NCBI GenBank assembly: GCA_026625185.1
Contig: CP113000.1
Span: 2,145,622-2,177,621 of the forward strand
Length of the DNA: 32,000 nucleotides
Direction of reading: 5' to 3'
Origin: Thermodesulfobacteriota bacterium
Lineage (GTDB): Bacteria; Desulfobacterota; WTBG01; JAGOGO01
Of this stretch, positions 1 through 8,384 are shown one piece after another. Both the position numbers and the translations under genes were made by a program. Position 1 is the stretch's first letter. Each line of letters begins with the position of its first letter. Under the pieces are notes generated by a model. That model was not told the origin of the DNA and made no database searches. It saw nothing but the letters and a program-made list of their open reading frames with translations.

Positions 1-20
1 GAAGGAGAACTTTCCTTTAT

Positions 21-153
21 TCTCTCCCCCGAAGGGGTGACAAGAAAAAAATTACCTCTCCACTGGCGGGGAGAAAGAAAACATTTTCCTCTCCCCAAGT
101 GAAGAGAAAAAATACTCCCCTCTCACTAAGGGGAGAGGCCAAGGGTGAGGGGT
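21..153. repeat. Tandem array of about 4 degenerate 28-37 nt units. Each unit is a short C-run/G-run hairpin (CTCTCCCC-N3-6-GGGGAGA-like) followed by an A-rich spacer.
   Basis: Read directly: tctctcccccgaaggggtga-caagaaaaaaattac / ctctccactggcggggaga-aagaaaacattttc / ctctccccaagtgaagaga-aaaaatact / cccctctcactaaggggagaggccaagggtgagggg. The same arm motifs (CCCCTC, CTCTCCCC, GGGGAGAG, GGTGAGGGG) recur at 7 or more other loci in the window. Confidence 0.7.
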
Positions 154-549
154 ATGAAACGCAGGAATATCGACCGATGCAGAAATTTGCGGAAGCAACA
201 GACGGAAGCGGAAAAGAAGCTTTGGTCAATAGTTCGGAATCGTCAAATTGGTGGAATAAAATTCAGACGCCAGTTTTCGATAGGGAGGTATATAGTAGAT
301 TTTTATTGTCCTGCATATCTGGTTGGTATTGAGGCGGATGGGGATCAACATTGTGAAGATAAGGTTAGTAAAAGCGATGAAATCAGGACAAAATAATTAA
401 AAGAACGTGGTTTTGAAATAATAAGATTTAATGATCGCGAACTATTGAACAACATTGAAGGAGTGTGTGAAGTTATTAGGAAGGTTTTAGAAAGAAGAAG
501 AGATAAAGCACCTCACCTCAATCCTCTCCCCTCTGGGGAGAGGAGGTAA
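154..549 (+). pseudogene. DUF559 / Vsr-like endonuclease-domain protein interrupted by an in-frame TAA at 394-396
   Basis: From ATG 154 the frame reads MKRRNIDRCRNLRKQQTEAEKKLWSIVRNRQIGGIKFRRQFSIGRYIVDFYCPAYLVGIEADGDQH...DEIRTK-TAA-LKERGFEIIRFNDRELLNNIEGVCEVIRKVLERRRDKAPHLNPLPSGERR-TAA(547-549). Both halves match the recalled DUF559 pattern (LR..QT.aEk.LW..lRnrql.G.kFrRQ..iG.yivDF.c......iE.DG..H, then D..R...L...G..v.RF.n.ev......v...i). The two halves are in one frame, separated only by the stop. Confidence 0.7.
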
Positions 550-610
550 TATGAGAAAATAAAGGAGAGGGGGTAATACATGAAAAGTTCTCCCCAGAGG
601 GGCGAGGAAA
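511..610. repeat. Two copies of the C-run/G-run hairpin element. One is a perfect 9-bp stem (523-531 CCTCTCCCC / 535-543 GGGGAGAGG, loop TCT).
   Basis: The stem complementarity was checked base by base. The second, imperfect copy is ttctcccc-aga-ggggcgagg at about 588-606. The 3' end of the DUF559 frame reads through the first hairpin (PLPSGERR). Confidence 0.75.
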
Positions 611-644
611 TAAGAAAAGAAACATTTAACATCAGAAAAAACTT

Positions 645-1664
645 ATGAATATTCCAAATGGTAGTATCCTCCGGAAAATTTTAGTCGTACTCCTTGCGCT
701 CATCATTACGAGTCCCCTGGGTTGTAAAACGACCGATCAGAGGGTACAGGCGGATGACAACTTTAAAAATTTTTTTAAACAATCGCCGATAAATGTCGCT
801 AAGAAAAAGAATTTTGATTATCCTCAAGACCGGGAAGCGCTCAAAGCGCTTCCGGATATGACTGCGCAGGATCATGAAAGGCTGGGAGACAGCTACTTCA
901 GCCAGGAAAATTATCCGATGGCTTGTGTCCACTATGACAAATCCCTTAAACTTAATCCCGACAACACCCGGGTTCATTATAAAAAAGGGGTGCTTTTTCT
1001 GGCAGGCGGGTTATATGACAGCGCTCTGGCTGAATTTCAGGAAGTTTTAAAAAAAGAGCCTGAGAATGCTTTAGCCTATGAAGGAATGGGGCAGGTGTTT
1101 TTTCAGAAAGGGAGCTCTTCGGAAGCTGAGAAACATTTTCTGCAAGCAATCAGCATAGACATGAACCTGTGGAGAACCCACGACTTTCTCGGTATTATCT
1201 ATGACTTTAAAAAGAACCACGCAATGGCTGTTCAGGAGTATAACGCCGCTATCGCGCTCAAACCTCAATATGGGCCCCTATATAACAACCTGGGTATGTC
1301 CTACTTAATGGCCGGAGACTTTGAACGGGCAATCAATACATTCAATAAAGCTTTGCAGATGAAGTTTACCGAAAAAAGGGTTTACAATAACCTGGGCTTG
1401 GCGTTATGCCGGGCAGGCCGCTATTCGGAAGCTCTCAAGGCTTTTCGGACCGGGGGAGGTGATGAAGCTCAGGCTTACAATAACCTGGGATGTTTTTATT
1501 TGTGGGATGGAGAATCGGAGGCAGCAATGAACGCCTTTGAGAAAGCGATGGGAGCCCGGCCGTCCTATTATAATAAAGCCGGCGAAAACTTAAGAAGAGC
1601 GCAGACGGCAAAACAAAGCGAACCGCTCCCTGATTTAAAGAACAATCCGAGCCCTCTTAATTGA
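645..1664 (+). CDS. TPR-repeat protein with an N-terminal signal peptide (possible lipoprotein, ...ITSPLGC)
   Basis: A 339-aa ORF with a hydrophobic N-terminus ending in a Cys. It carries repeated 34-aa TPR signatures (A..YekALklnP.n..a....G.......g....A...f..Al). Confidence 0.75.
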   Translation: MNIPNGSILRKILVVLLALIITSPLGCKTTDQRVQADDNFKNFFKQSPINVAKKKNFDYPQDREALKALPDMTAQDHERLGDSYFSQENYPMACVHYDKSLKLNPDNTRVHYKKGVLFLAGGLYDSALAEFQEVLKKEPENALAYEGMGQVFFQKGSSSEAEKHFLQAISIDMNLWRTHDFLGIIYDFKKNHAMAVQEYNAAIALKPQYGPLYNNLGMSYLMAGDFERAINTFNKALQMKFTEKRVYNNLGLALCRAGRYSEALKAFRTGGGDEAQAYNNLGCFYLWDGESEAAMNAFEKAMGARPSYYNKAGENLRRAQTAKQSEPLPDLKNNPSPLN

Positions 1665-1729
1665 TACCCCGGAAAACCTTACCCTCAGTAGTTATTAAGT
1701 AGTTTTCTCGGAAGCAATTTTATGGTAAG

Positions 1730-1768
1730 ATTGAGGCCTTTAAAAAATTATTTTTTAAAGGCCTCAAT
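1730..1768. terminator. Perfect 18-bp stem / 3-nt loop hairpin, a likely bidirectional intrinsic terminator
   Basis: attgaggcctttaaaaaa-tta-ttttttaaaggcctcaat is perfectly complementary. It has T-runs on both strands and lies 66 nt after the TPR gene stop. Confidence 0.8.
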
Positions 1769-1854
1769 TTATCAAGAAGGCAGGTTAAAGTACTTTTGTG
1801 ATTTCACGCCTCATAGAATAATGATCACAGTTTGCAGGTTTCCTTGATTGAGAG

Positions 1855-3093
1855 TTGAGTGTGAACGGGGTTACAGTAACTACCAGTCGGCGCGCTTTGG
1901 CAGTTTCTCCATCGGTATGGGGAGTTGTAACCATCTGGGTAATATTTCGTGCCTGGACGAGCCTGTGGGCGGCATTGGTCTCTACGTTGCGGCCGCTGAC
2001 GGCGCTTGAACAGTCAGTAGCCTTGTGGCCTCCCAGTGCTCCGTGGGGGTGGTGGCTTCAGCGAGCGCTGCTGGCTCCCTGGGAGCGTTGGGATGGTGCC
2101 TGGTATTTGCGGATCATCACCGAAGGGTATCAATGTGGTAACGGCACTGATGCCTTTCATCCGCTTTATCCCGGGCTGGCATGGCCGCTGACTCGATTGG
2201 GGATTGATCCGCTTCTATCGCTGATGATCGTGGGAAGCCTGGCAACTTTGGCTTTTCTTCTCCTTTTTGAGCGGATGGCTGGATTAGATTCTACGCCTGC
2301 TCAGGCGCAAACCGCTTCTCACTTATTACTGTTTTTCCCGGTGGCTTTCATCTTATTTGCTCCTTATAATGAAGGATTATTTCTCTTGCTGTCGGCGCTA
2401 ACGTTATTATGGGCCAGACAACACCGATGGTGGCGGGCCGGAATTGCCGGAGCGCTGGCGGTATTGACGCGCCCGCAGGGGCTTTTTCTGGTCTTCCCGT
2501 TTGCCTGGGAGTTGTGGGAGGCGCATGAGCGTGATGTGCGCCTTGCCCTGCGGGATTGGCGCTGTTGCTCGGCATTGGGGTTAATTCCGATAGGAATGGG
2601 ACTGTGGGTGTTGTACCGGGCGCTCGTGGTAGGAGGCGCCCAATTGAATTTCAATTCGCCGTATGTTTTGGTGTACTCGATGTTGATTTCTCCGAGCGCG
2701 GGGAAGGTTGGGGCCTCCCATGTCGTCACCTGGCCATGGAATGCGCTGCAATTGGCTCTGGTGCATTTATGGGTTAAGCCTGATTGGGACCTGGCGGTGA
2801 ATGTAATGTTAAGCGCAGCTTTTGTCGGACTGGTGCTGGTAGCCTGGCCGCGTTTGCGCGCATCCTATCGTGTATATGTGCTGGTGATGCTGCTGGTCAG
2901 TTTTAGCTACCATACGGGAACTGGACATCCCTATATGGGGCTGCCACGTCATTTATTCCTGGCCTTCCCGGTTTTCATCGGCCTGGGGAAGATTGGATGG
3001 TGTTCCCGATGTCGTTTATTATGGACCGGGGGCGGCTTTGCAGGCAGTTGCTTTCTGATATTACTTTATGTCTTAAAAGCCTGGGTACCGTGA
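1855..3093 (+). CDS. Polytopic membrane glycosyltransferase, GT-C-like (PIG-V / mannosyltransferase-2 / DUF2029-like)
   Basis: A 412-aa ORF that is very hydrophobic and Trp-rich, with about 10 predicted TM stretches. The periplasmic-loop motif APWERWDGAWYLRIITEGY resembles the W.rWDa.wY..Ia..GY signature of PIG-V-type bacterial mannosyltransferases. The start is non-ATG (TTG 1855 or GTG 1861). The gene is GC-rich relative to its flanks. Confidence 0.55.
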   Translation: MSVNGVTVTTSRRALAVSPSVWGVVTIWVIFRAWTSLWAALVSTLRPLTALEQSVALWPPSAPWGWWLQRALLAPWERWDGAWYLRIITEGYQCGNGTDAFHPLYPGLAWPLTRLGIDPLLSLMIVGSLATLAFLLLFERMAGLDSTPAQAQTASHLLLFFPVAFILFAPYNEGLFLLLSALTLLWARQHRWWRAGIAGALAVLTRPQGLFLVFPFAWELWEAHERDVRLALRDWRCCSALGLIPIGMGLWVLYRALVVGGAQLNFNSPYVLVYSMLISPSAGKVGASHVVTWPWNALQLALVHLWVKPDWDLAVNVMLSAAFVGLVLVAWPRLRASYRVYVLVMLLVSFSYHTGTGHPYMGLPRHLFLAFPVFIGLGKIGWCSRCRLLWTGGGFAGSCFLILLYVLKAWVP

Positions 3094-3094
3094 T

Positions 3095-3907
3095 TTGAAG
3101 TATCTGTTTACACCGAGGGAAAGCTCTCGAAGGGGTGATGGTGTGAGCATTTTACCTAGCGTGGTTGCCGATAACGAGCGCGAAGCGGGCGCAAACGTGC
3201 AAGATTTACAGGTGCTTATTGTAATTCCAGCCTATAATGAGCAAGGGAAAGTGGGTTTGGTTGTTCAAAAGGTTTTAGCCTATGTTACGGATACGGTGCT
3301 GGTGGTGGATGATTGTTCTACGGATCAGACCGCTGTGGAAGCTCAGACTATGGGCGCATTGGTTATCCGCCATGAGCATAATCTTGGGGTCGGCGGCGCA
3401 ATCCGTACCGGCATTGATTATGCGTTAGCGCACGACTTTCAGGTTGTGGCTGTCCTTTCGGGCGATAATCAGCATGACCCCGCAGAATTGCCGGGTTTGT
3501 TGCGCCCCATTCTTGTAGACGGTTATGATTTCGTCCAGGGGTCACGGCGTTTTCAGGGCTTGCAGTCGTCCAACATCAGCTGGTTTCGTCGGTTTTTTAC
3601 CTGGGTTTACGCGGTCACATTTCACTGGTTGACTGGTTTTGCTTGCACGGATGCGACCAACGGCGGGCGGGCATTTCGCACCCGGATTTTTGCGGATGGC
3701 AGGATAAATTTATGGCAAGAGTGGCTGAATTCGTATGAGTTAGAGCCCTACTTATTTTATAAAGTTGTGCGTGAGGGATACAAAGTCACCGAAGCGCCGA
3801 TGAAAGTTATCTATCACACGAGGGGCACAACCAAGATGAAACCGGTGCGCGATTGGTGGCGGATCTTGCGCCCCATGGTTTATCTGACTTTGGGATTGAA
3901 AAACTAA
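3095..3907 (+). CDS. GT2-family glycosyltransferase (polyprenyl-phosphate sugar synthase type, Dpm1/ArnC-like)
   Basis: Motifs are VLIVIPAYNEQGKV, VVDDCSTDQT and the DxD-like SGDNQHDP. Length is about 250-270 aa. The start is uncertain: TTG 3095 sits 1 nt after the upstream stop, with an in-frame GTG alternative at 3143. Confidence 0.75.
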   Translation: MKYLFTPRESSRRGDGVSILPSVVADNEREAGANVQDLQVLIVIPAYNEQGKVGLVVQKVLAYVTDTVLVVDDCSTDQTAVEAQTMGALVIRHEHNLGVGGAIRTGIDYALAHDFQVVAVLSGDNQHDPAELPGLLRPILVDGYDFVQGSRRFQGLQSSNISWFRRFFTWVYAVTFHWLTGFACTDATNGGRAFRTRIFADGRINLWQEWLNSYELEPYLFYKVVREGYKVTEAPMKVIYHTRGTTKMKPVRDWWRILRPMVYLTLGLKN

Positions 3908-3924
3908 GCTGAGGGAGGGCTACT

Positions 3925-4884
3925 ATGGGTCACGATCTAAAAGGTCAAAGGGTATTGGTAACCGGAGGGGCCGGCTTCGTCGGCTCGAACCTGGTTCGCC
4001 GGCTGGTGGCCGAGGGCGCCGAGATCACAATTTTAGACGATTTTTTTACCGGGCGCATGGAAAACTTGCGTGACATTGATACCGCGGACTATCGGTTGGT
4101 GCGGGGCAGTGTCACTGATAGTGGCCTGGTGCGGCAGTTGGTCTCTCAGGTGGAGTGGGTTTTTCACCTGGCGGCGCGGAATATCATTGCGTCCACGCGG
4201 AATCCATACGAGGACTTTCAAACCAACATCGGCGGCACACTTAATATTTTGTTGGCAGCGCGTGATTTTCATCCGCAACGGGTGCTCTATACCTCTTCGG
4301 TTTCAGTCTACGGCAACCCACGATATTTGCCAATCAACGAAGACGACTGCATCAGTTTGTTGACGCCGTATGCTGTCAGCAAATTCAGCGGTGAAGGCTA
4401 TTGCCAGGCGTTTTATGAAAGCTATGGCCTGCCGGTGGTGGTCGTGCGGTATTCTAATGTATACGGGCCCTGGCAAGATCCGCAAAATCCGTATTGCGGG
4501 GTCGTGGCAAAGTTTATGGGAAAGGCACAAAAGGGGCTGCTGCTGGAGATTCATGGCGATGGGGAGCAGACCCGCGATTTTACGTTTATGGAGGATGCAG
4601 TTGAAGCTACTATACTGGCGGCGGTATCCCCAAAGTCTGCGGGGGAAGTCTTCAATATCGGCACCGGGGTGGAGGCTAACGTGAATACGTTAGCCCGGCT
4701 CGTGTCGGATCTATACGGATTGGAGCTGAAGCCGGTATATATTGACCGGCGAGATATAGACAATATCCGGCGCCGCGTGGTGAACATAGAGAAGGTCCGG
4801 CGTATATTGCGCTGGGTGCCGCGCGTGACCTTGGCTGAGGGACTCTTACGCACCAAGCAGTGGTTGCAGGCGGTAGGACCTTAG
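3925..4884 (+). CDS. NAD-dependent epimerase/dehydratase (extended SDR; UDP-sugar 4-epimerase or UDP-GlcA decarboxylase-like)
   Basis: It has the Rossmann motif VLVTGGAGFVGSNL and the catalytic Y..SK (TPYAVSKFSGE). The ORF is 319 aa. An SD (gagggagggc) precedes the ATG. Confidence 0.85.
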   Translation: MGHDLKGQRVLVTGGAGFVGSNLVRRLVAEGAEITILDDFFTGRMENLRDIDTADYRLVRGSVTDSGLVRQLVSQVEWVFHLAARNIIASTRNPYEDFQTNIGGTLNILLAARDFHPQRVLYTSSVSVYGNPRYLPINEDDCISLLTPYAVSKFSGEGYCQAFYESYGLPVVVVRYSNVYGPWQDPQNPYCGVVAKFMGKAQKGLLLEIHGDGEQTRDFTFMEDAVEATILAAVSPKSAGEVFNIGTGVEANVNTLARLVSDLYGLELKPVYIDRRDIDNIRRRVVNIEKVRRILRWVPRVTLAEGLLRTKQWLQAVGP

Positions 4885-5178
4885 AGTGAAATGATCACCA
4901 GCCGTGGGCTTCAAGTGAACTCTACGGAAGTTGCTCCCATAGGGACTATTGCGATGATTAGAGGCGGATGACTGAAAGCAGGAGAATTATTAAATGGTTT
5001 TCAGGGAAGCGATTTTATGATATTAAGAGAACATGCGTATGGGTTGGGAGAATCACAGGAACTACCGGATAATGCAATGTCCGCTTTCTTTGGTCGTGCA
5101 CTATAGAAAAGGTACTTGGCAATAAGAAAAAAATTTGGGTATTCAAGCAGGTGATAAAATGGGACAGACGAAATTCTG

Positions 5179-5192
5179 TTGACATTTGTCAA
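5179..5192. promoter_or_regulatory. Perfect palindrome TTGACA-TT-TGTCAA about 63 nt upstream of the ABC binding-protein gene. It is a candidate operator and/or -35 element.
   Basis: ttgacatttgtcaa is its own reverse complement, checked by hand. It lies in an AT-rich leader. Confidence 0.35.
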
Positions 5193-5254
5193 AATATAAC
5201 ATCGTTTGTTAAATTTTTACAGGTTACCGTAAAGAATGCGTAAGGGCCAATCAG

Positions 5255-6904
5255 ATGAAAAATATTTTTTTGGTTTTTGGTTTGTTGTGTTCTATTTTTT
5301 TTGTAAGTTGCGAAGAGCGTTCAAAAGCGCCTGACCAGGGCAAAAAAGAAGCTCAAACGGATAGGGTTGCTCCTCCTGCCTATGGAGATACCATCATTGA
5401 AGGCTCGATTGGCGATGCCAGTAACCTTATCGCCATGCTTGCTTCAGATAGCGCTTCGTTTGATATCGCGGGTCTTTGTTACAATGGTCTGGTCAAGTAT
5501 GATAAAGATCTCAATCTGGTGGGGGATCTGGCCGAGTCATGGGATATCTCTGCGGACAACCTCACCATCTCCTTCCACCTGCGAAAAGGGGTGAAATGGC
5601 AGGATGGGGTAGAATGTACTGCTCATGATGTCATGTTTGGTTATCAGACGATCATCAGCCCCAATACGCCTACCGCTTATGCCGGAGATTTTCAGGAGGT
5701 AGCTAAGGCTGAGGTGATTGACAAGTACACATTCAGGGTAACTTACAAAAAACCTTTTGCCCCTGGTTTAGCCTCCTGGGGTTCCGTGGTGGTTTTGCCG
5801 AAACATATTTTGGAAGGGCAAGACATCACCAAATCTTCGTTAACTAGGGCCCCGATGGGCAATGGCCCTTACAAGCTTAAGGAATGGAAAACCGGGGAAA
5901 AGATTGAGCTGGTCTCCAATCATGATTATTTTGAGGGGCGCCCTTATGTTGATGGGTTTGTTTATAAAATAATTCCGGATACGGCGACGATGTTTCTGGA
6001 ATTGCAGGCCGGTAATATTGACTTTATGGGGCTTTCACCGCTCCAATACCTGCGCCAGACAAAAACAAAAACGTTTCAGGAAAATTTTCGAAAATATAAA
6101 TATTTGTCCTTTACCTATACCTATATGGGTTTTAACCTTTTAAACCCCTTGTTTCAAGACAAGCGGGTTCGTCAGGCGATTTCGTATGCAATTAATAAAA
6201 ATGAAATTCTTGAAGGGGTACTTCTCGGTTTGGGTGAGGTAGCAACCGGTCCGTATAAGCCGGGCACCTGGCAGTATAACCCGGAGGTAAAAGCCTTTCC
6301 TTTTGATCCTGAAAAAGCAAAGGCCTTATTGAAGGAAACAGGATGGGCTGATGCTGATGGGGATGGAATTTTAGAAAAAAACGGCAAGCGTTTTGAATTT
6401 ACGGTCATTCTTAATCAGGGAAACAACGAGCGCCGGAAGACGGGGGAAATTATTCAACGCCGGCTCACGGAAGTCGGGATCAAAATAAAAATACGAACGC
6501 TTGAATGGGCTGCCTTTATTAATGAATACATTGACAAGAAAAATTTTGAAGCTACTATCCTGGGCTGGACTATCGGACAGGATCCCGATGTTTTTGACAT
6601 CTGGCATTCGAGCAAAACTCATTTTAAAGAGCTGAACTTTATATCGTATAAAAACGAAGAAGTAGACCGCCTGATCATGGAGGGCCGCCACACCTTTGAT
6701 CGTGAAAAACGAAAGCAGGCCTACTACCGCATTCAAGAAATATTAGCAGAAGATCAGCCCTATGTGTTTCTTTATGTTCCTTATGCTCTCCCCATTATCC
6801 ATATGCGATTCCGGGGCATTGAGCCTGCAGCGGCAGGGATAACGTATAATTTTACCAAATGGTATGTTACGAAAGCAGAGCAGAAGTATACGATTCAACC
6901 GTGA
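5255..6904 (+). CDS. ABC transporter substrate-binding protein, family 5 (peptide/nickel, OppA/DppA-like), probable lipoprotein
   Basis: A 549-aa ORF with a signal peptide ending FFVSC. Family-5 SBP-like blocks are present (GLVKYD.DLNLVGDLAESW, LRKGVKWQDG, GPYKLKEW..GEKIEL..N..YF). Four cognate ABC genes follow it. Confidence 0.85.
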   Translation: MKNIFLVFGLLCSIFFVSCEERSKAPDQGKKEAQTDRVAPPAYGDTIIEGSIGDASNLIAMLASDSASFDIAGLCYNGLVKYDKDLNLVGDLAESWDISADNLTISFHLRKGVKWQDGVECTAHDVMFGYQTIISPNTPTAYAGDFQEVAKAEVIDKYTFRVTYKKPFAPGLASWGSVVVLPKHILEGQDITKSSLTRAPMGNGPYKLKEWKTGEKIELVSNHDYFEGRPYVDGFVYKIIPDTATMFLELQAGNIDFMGLSPLQYLRQTKTKTFQENFRKYKYLSFTYTYMGFNLLNPLFQDKRVRQAISYAINKNEILEGVLLGLGEVATGPYKPGTWQYNPEVKAFPFDPEKAKALLKETGWADADGDGILEKNGKRFEFTVILNQGNNERRKTGEIIQRRLTEVGIKIKIRTLEWAAFINEYIDKKNFEATILGWTIGQDPDVFDIWHSSKTHFKELNFISYKNEEVDRLIMEGRHTFDREKRKQAYYRIQEILAEDQPYVFLYVPYALPIIHMRFRGIEPAAAGITYNFTKWYVTKAEQKYTIQP

Positions 6905-6920
6905 TGTCTTTGAAAAAAAT

Positions 6921-7030
6921 ATCTCTCCTCTTTGCCTCCTCTCCCCACCGGGGAGATGATTGAGGTGAGGGGTAAAATAAAAAGAATTCCCCTCACCCTG
7001 TCCCTCTCACCCGAATGGGGGCGAGGGGAA
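6921..7030. repeat. Two hairpin-repeat copies in the gap between the binding-protein and permease genes
   Basis: The first is cctcctctcccc-accg-gggagatgattgaggtgagggg. The second is ttcccctc(6987-6994)...gaggggaa(7023-7030), enclosing accctgtccctctcacccgaatggggg. Confidence 0.7.
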
Positions 7031-7161
7031 AAGGCGAAAAATTAAGGAAGATCGGCCCCCTCAGTCCTCCTTGCTCGTAAGAGGTAACGTGTTACAGTTT
7101 GTGCTTTACGTTTTAGGTTTTACGCTTAACATGGGGTTTGCACAGTGAGAACAAAATCATA

Positions 7162-8136
7162 ATGGCAACGTACATCCTGAAAAGACTTTTCGGAATGATC
7201 CCGCTTTTATTCGGGATCACGATTGTTTCCTTTTTAGTCATTCATCTTGCGCCCGGTTCACCCGTGACCATTCAGACCGACCTCAATCCCAAAATGACGG
7301 CTGAGGCCCGCGAGCGGCTTCTTAAGTTTTACGGGTTGGACAAACCCCTTCATGTCCAGTACTATAACTGGGTGAAACACCTGGTCACGTTTGATCTGGG
7401 TCGTTCCTTTGCCACGGATAACCGTCCGGTCATTGATAAAATCAAGGAACGTCTTCCCATCACTATTTTCATAAATGTGCTTTCCTTATTTTTAATTCTT
7501 ATGATTGCTATTCCCCTGGGGATATTATCCGCAGTTTACCAGAACTCTCTTTTTGATCGTTCCACCACCGTCTTTGTGTTTATCGGATTTGCAATTCCTA
7601 CGTTCTGGCTGGCTTTGCTTTTGATGATTCTTTTTGGCATTCAGCTCGACTGGCTTCCCATTTCCGGGCTTAAATCTGTGAACTATGAGTATCTCTCCGC
7701 CTTTAATCAACTGAAAGACCGGGCGGCGCATTTGCTTATGCCGGTGCTTCTTTCCGCTTTTGGCGGATTAGCCGGATTTTCAAGGTATTCACGATCGAAT
7801 ATGCTGGAAATTATCCGCCAGGATTACATTACCACCGCGCGGGCGAAAGGGCTTTCGGAATCACAGGTGATCTACAAGCACGCTCTCCGGAACGCTTTTT
7901 TGCCGATCGTTACTATCCTGGGACTTTCAATTCCCGCTCTTATTGGGGGAAGTGTTATCTTTGAGTCGATCTTTGCCATTCCGGGACTGGGTCAGTTGTT
8001 TTACAATGCGGTCATGGGGCGAGATTACTCCTTGGTCATGGGGGAGCTGGTTATCGGAGCGCTTTTGACTATGCTCGGCAATCTTTTGGCGGATATTTCT
8101 TATGCTTTAGTTGATCCACGGATCAGAATAAAATGA
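7162..8136 (+). CDS. ABC transporter permease (OppB/DppB-like)
   Basis: The N-terminus from ATG 7162 is the typical [34 protein letters not shown]. The EAA-like loop [19 protein letters not shown] is present. The ORF-track start at 7138 is a non-ATG extension. Confidence 0.85.
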   Translation: MATYILKRLFGMIPLLFGITIVSFLVIHLAPGSPVTIQTDLNPKMTAEARERLLKFYGLDKPLHVQYYNWVKHLVTFDLGRSFATDNRPVIDKIKERLPITIFINVLSLFLILMIAIPLGILSAVYQNSLFDRSTTVFVFIGFAIPTFWLALLLMILFGIQLDWLPISGLKSVNYEYLSAFNQLKDRAAHLLMPVLLSAFGGLAGFSRYSRSNMLEIIRQDYITTARAKGLSESQVIYKHALRNAFLPIVTILGLSIPALIGGSVIFESIFAIPGLGQLFYNAVMGRDYSLVMGELVIGALLTMLGNLLADISYALVDPRIRIK

Positions 8137-8258
8137 TTAGCTAACTAAATTTGGAACAAAATAAAACAGCAATTCAGTGAGATTTTAGTTTTTTTTAGAG
8201 GGTGAGGATATTAAATCCGAAACTTTTCTCCCTTTGTTAAGAGCATAAACGTTTAGTA

Positions 8259-8339
8259 TTCTCTCCCCATTCGGGGCGAGGGGAATTATAAGAAATAAAA
8301 TGAACTCCCCCTTATCCCCTCTTTGGAAAAGAGGGGGAT
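8259..8339. repeat. Two hairpin-repeat copies in the gap between the two permease genes
   Basis: The first is ttctctcccc-attc-ggggcgagggga. The second is atcccctctt-tgga-aagagggggat (8314-8339), a 10-bp stem with one bulged G. Confidence 0.7.
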
Positions 8340-8384
8340 GAATAGCTAAAAAAAAATTTAAATCTAAAAAGTGTAACCGCAAAC

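Noticed and set aside
21-153. The tandem repeat array at the window start could be a CRISPR array.
   Set aside because: The units are degenerate and about 28-37 nt long. The spacers are low-complexity A-runs rather than unique sequences. No cas genes are present, and the same arm motifs occur singly all over the window.
4885-5254. A minus-strand 63-aa ORF (5001-5192) and a 29-codon plus-strand ORF in the spacer after the glycosylation cassette.
   Set aside because: They have no SD and no recognisable motifs, and they overlap the likely promoter/operator region of the ABC operon.
7081-7135. The TTTACG repeats in the permease leader (gctttacgttttaggttttacgc) might be related to the CTTTTTACG repeats upstream of hdrC.
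   Set aside because: Only a 6-mer is shared, which is expected by chance in AT-rich spacers.
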